From assembly GCA_963795855.1 (NCBI GenBank), contig CAWCIZ010000002.1:192001-256000 (forward strand): a DNA stretch of 64,000 nt, written 5' to 3'. Position numbers and translations under genes: made by a program. The notes under the pieces are model-generated. The model did no database searches, was not told where the DNA came from, and saw only the letters and a program-made list of their open reading frames with translations. The DNA is from Vulcanimicrobiota bacterium (lineage in GTDB: Bacteria; Vulcanimicrobiota; Vulcanimicrobiia; Vulcanimicrobiales; Vulcanimicrobiaceae). The stretch's first letter is position 1, and each line of letters begins with the position of its first letter. Shown one piece after another: positions 63,053-64,000 of the stretch.

Positions 63053-64000
63053 TCAGCGGAGAACGAGCAGCGCCAGAGCGAGAGACGGGATTGTGACGGC
63101 GGCACCGATGGCGAGAAAGCGCCAAGCGTTGACTTCGATGCCCTCCCGCCGAAGCATCATGACCCACAGCAGCGTCGCGAGCGACGCGCTTATCGAAAGA
63201 TTCGGTCCAAGATCGATCCCGACGAGTACCGCGTGTGCGACGTGCGGCGCGATGCCGTGCGCGCGCAGTGCATACCGCGCGATGACGCCTGCCGGCAAAT
63301 TGTTGATGACGGCGTCCACGAGCATCACGGCACCGCCTGCGTAGAGCCGTCCGAAAACTGAAGGCATCGCCGACGCGTGCCGCAGCAGCCCGCGCGCAAT
63401 TTCGAGAGCGCCGGTTGCGTCTAGCGCGCGCACGATGACGAACAGCCCCGCGACCAGCGGGATGATACTCCACGGCGCTTCGCGCAAAACGGCAGGCGCC
63501 GTGGCGAAATCCCGCATGCCGACGATGGCAACGGCAATCGCGCCCAGTGCCAGCGCGACGTAGCCGACCGGCCATCCGAGCGTGGCCGCAATGACGATCA
63601 GCGCAAGGGCGCACGCGACAACGGTCGAGGCGAATACGCCGGTGCGCGAAAGCGGTCCCGGCTGCGCGGAAGACTGGTATCCGCTCCGCAGTTCCGCGCG
63701 GTGGACTGTTCGGAGAACCACGTACGTGCAGGCGACCGCTGCGGCGGACGGCGCGCCGAAGAGCGCGAGCCACGGCACCAGTTTCGGCAGCGGCGAAAAT
63801 ACGACCAGATTCGCGGGATTACTGATCGGCAGAATGAAACTCGCCGCGTTCGCGACGAATGCCACCGCGTATGCGAACGGACGCGCGGAAACTCGCGCAA
63901 TGCGCGCAAGCGCGAGCGCGGCGGGCGTAAGCAAAAGAATCGTGCCGTCGTTCGAAAGAAATGCCGTCACGATGATCGCGCCGGCAAAACATCCGAGAAA
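63053..64000 (-). CDS. ArsB/NhaD (ion transporter superfamily) permease, 5' end outside the window
   Basis: LSNDGTILLLTP, ANAASFILPISNPANLV, INNLPA, GIDLGPNLSISASLATLLW. Confidence 0.88.
   Translation of the reverse strand, partial: FLGCFAGAIIVTAFLSNDGTILLLTPAALALARIARVSARPFAYAVAFVANAASFILPISNPANLVVFSPLPKLVPWLALFGAPSAAAVACTYVVLRTVHRAELRSGYQSSAQPGPLSRTGVFASTVVACALALIVIAATLGWPVGYVALALGAIAVAIVGMRDFATAPAVLREAPWSIIPLVAGLFVIVRALDATGALEIARGLLRHASAMPSVFGRLYAGGAVMLVDAVINNLPAGVIARYALRAHGIAPHVAHAVLVGIDLGPNLSISASLATLLWVMMLRREGIEVNAWRFLAIGAAVTIPSLALALLVLR

Overview
High-GC bacterial chromosomal window. The gene style and the rpoC sequence suggest a diderm Terrabacteria member such as Ca. Eremiobacterota (inference only). 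It holds about 55 genes: two large MalT-like ATPase/TPR regulators, a fatty-acid desaturase, TamB- and Skp-like envelope genes, several MFS transporters, an Xre/RES toxin-antitoxin pair, an ABC-F ATPase, a TM0106 nuclease-helicase, an aromatic amino acid operon (DAHP synthase, aroA, aroH, tyrA), a SABATH-type carboxyl methyltransferase, an SNF2 helicase, a cupredoxin/metallophosphoesterase/ECF sigma/anti-sigma cluster, a PQQ-cytochrome c dehydrogenase, selenoneine-type senA/senB genes, and rpoC without an adjacent rpoB. Many genes carry 1-nt frameshifts, probably long-read consensus errors. The best signals missing from the ORF track are: (1) a complete ribosome-dependent attenuator upstream of the aro operon, with a leader peptide containing FSYAYYWYW plus antiterminator and terminator helices; (2) a 25-aa hydrophobic peptide gene with a good RBS just downstream of a LuxR/TPR regulator; (3) rpoC with its own sigma70-like promoter and structured leader; (4) head-to-head senA/senB with no intergenic space; (5) a low-GC block made of the 3' ends of two convergent surface-protein genes. 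No tRNA, rRNA, CRISPR array or transposase was recognised.
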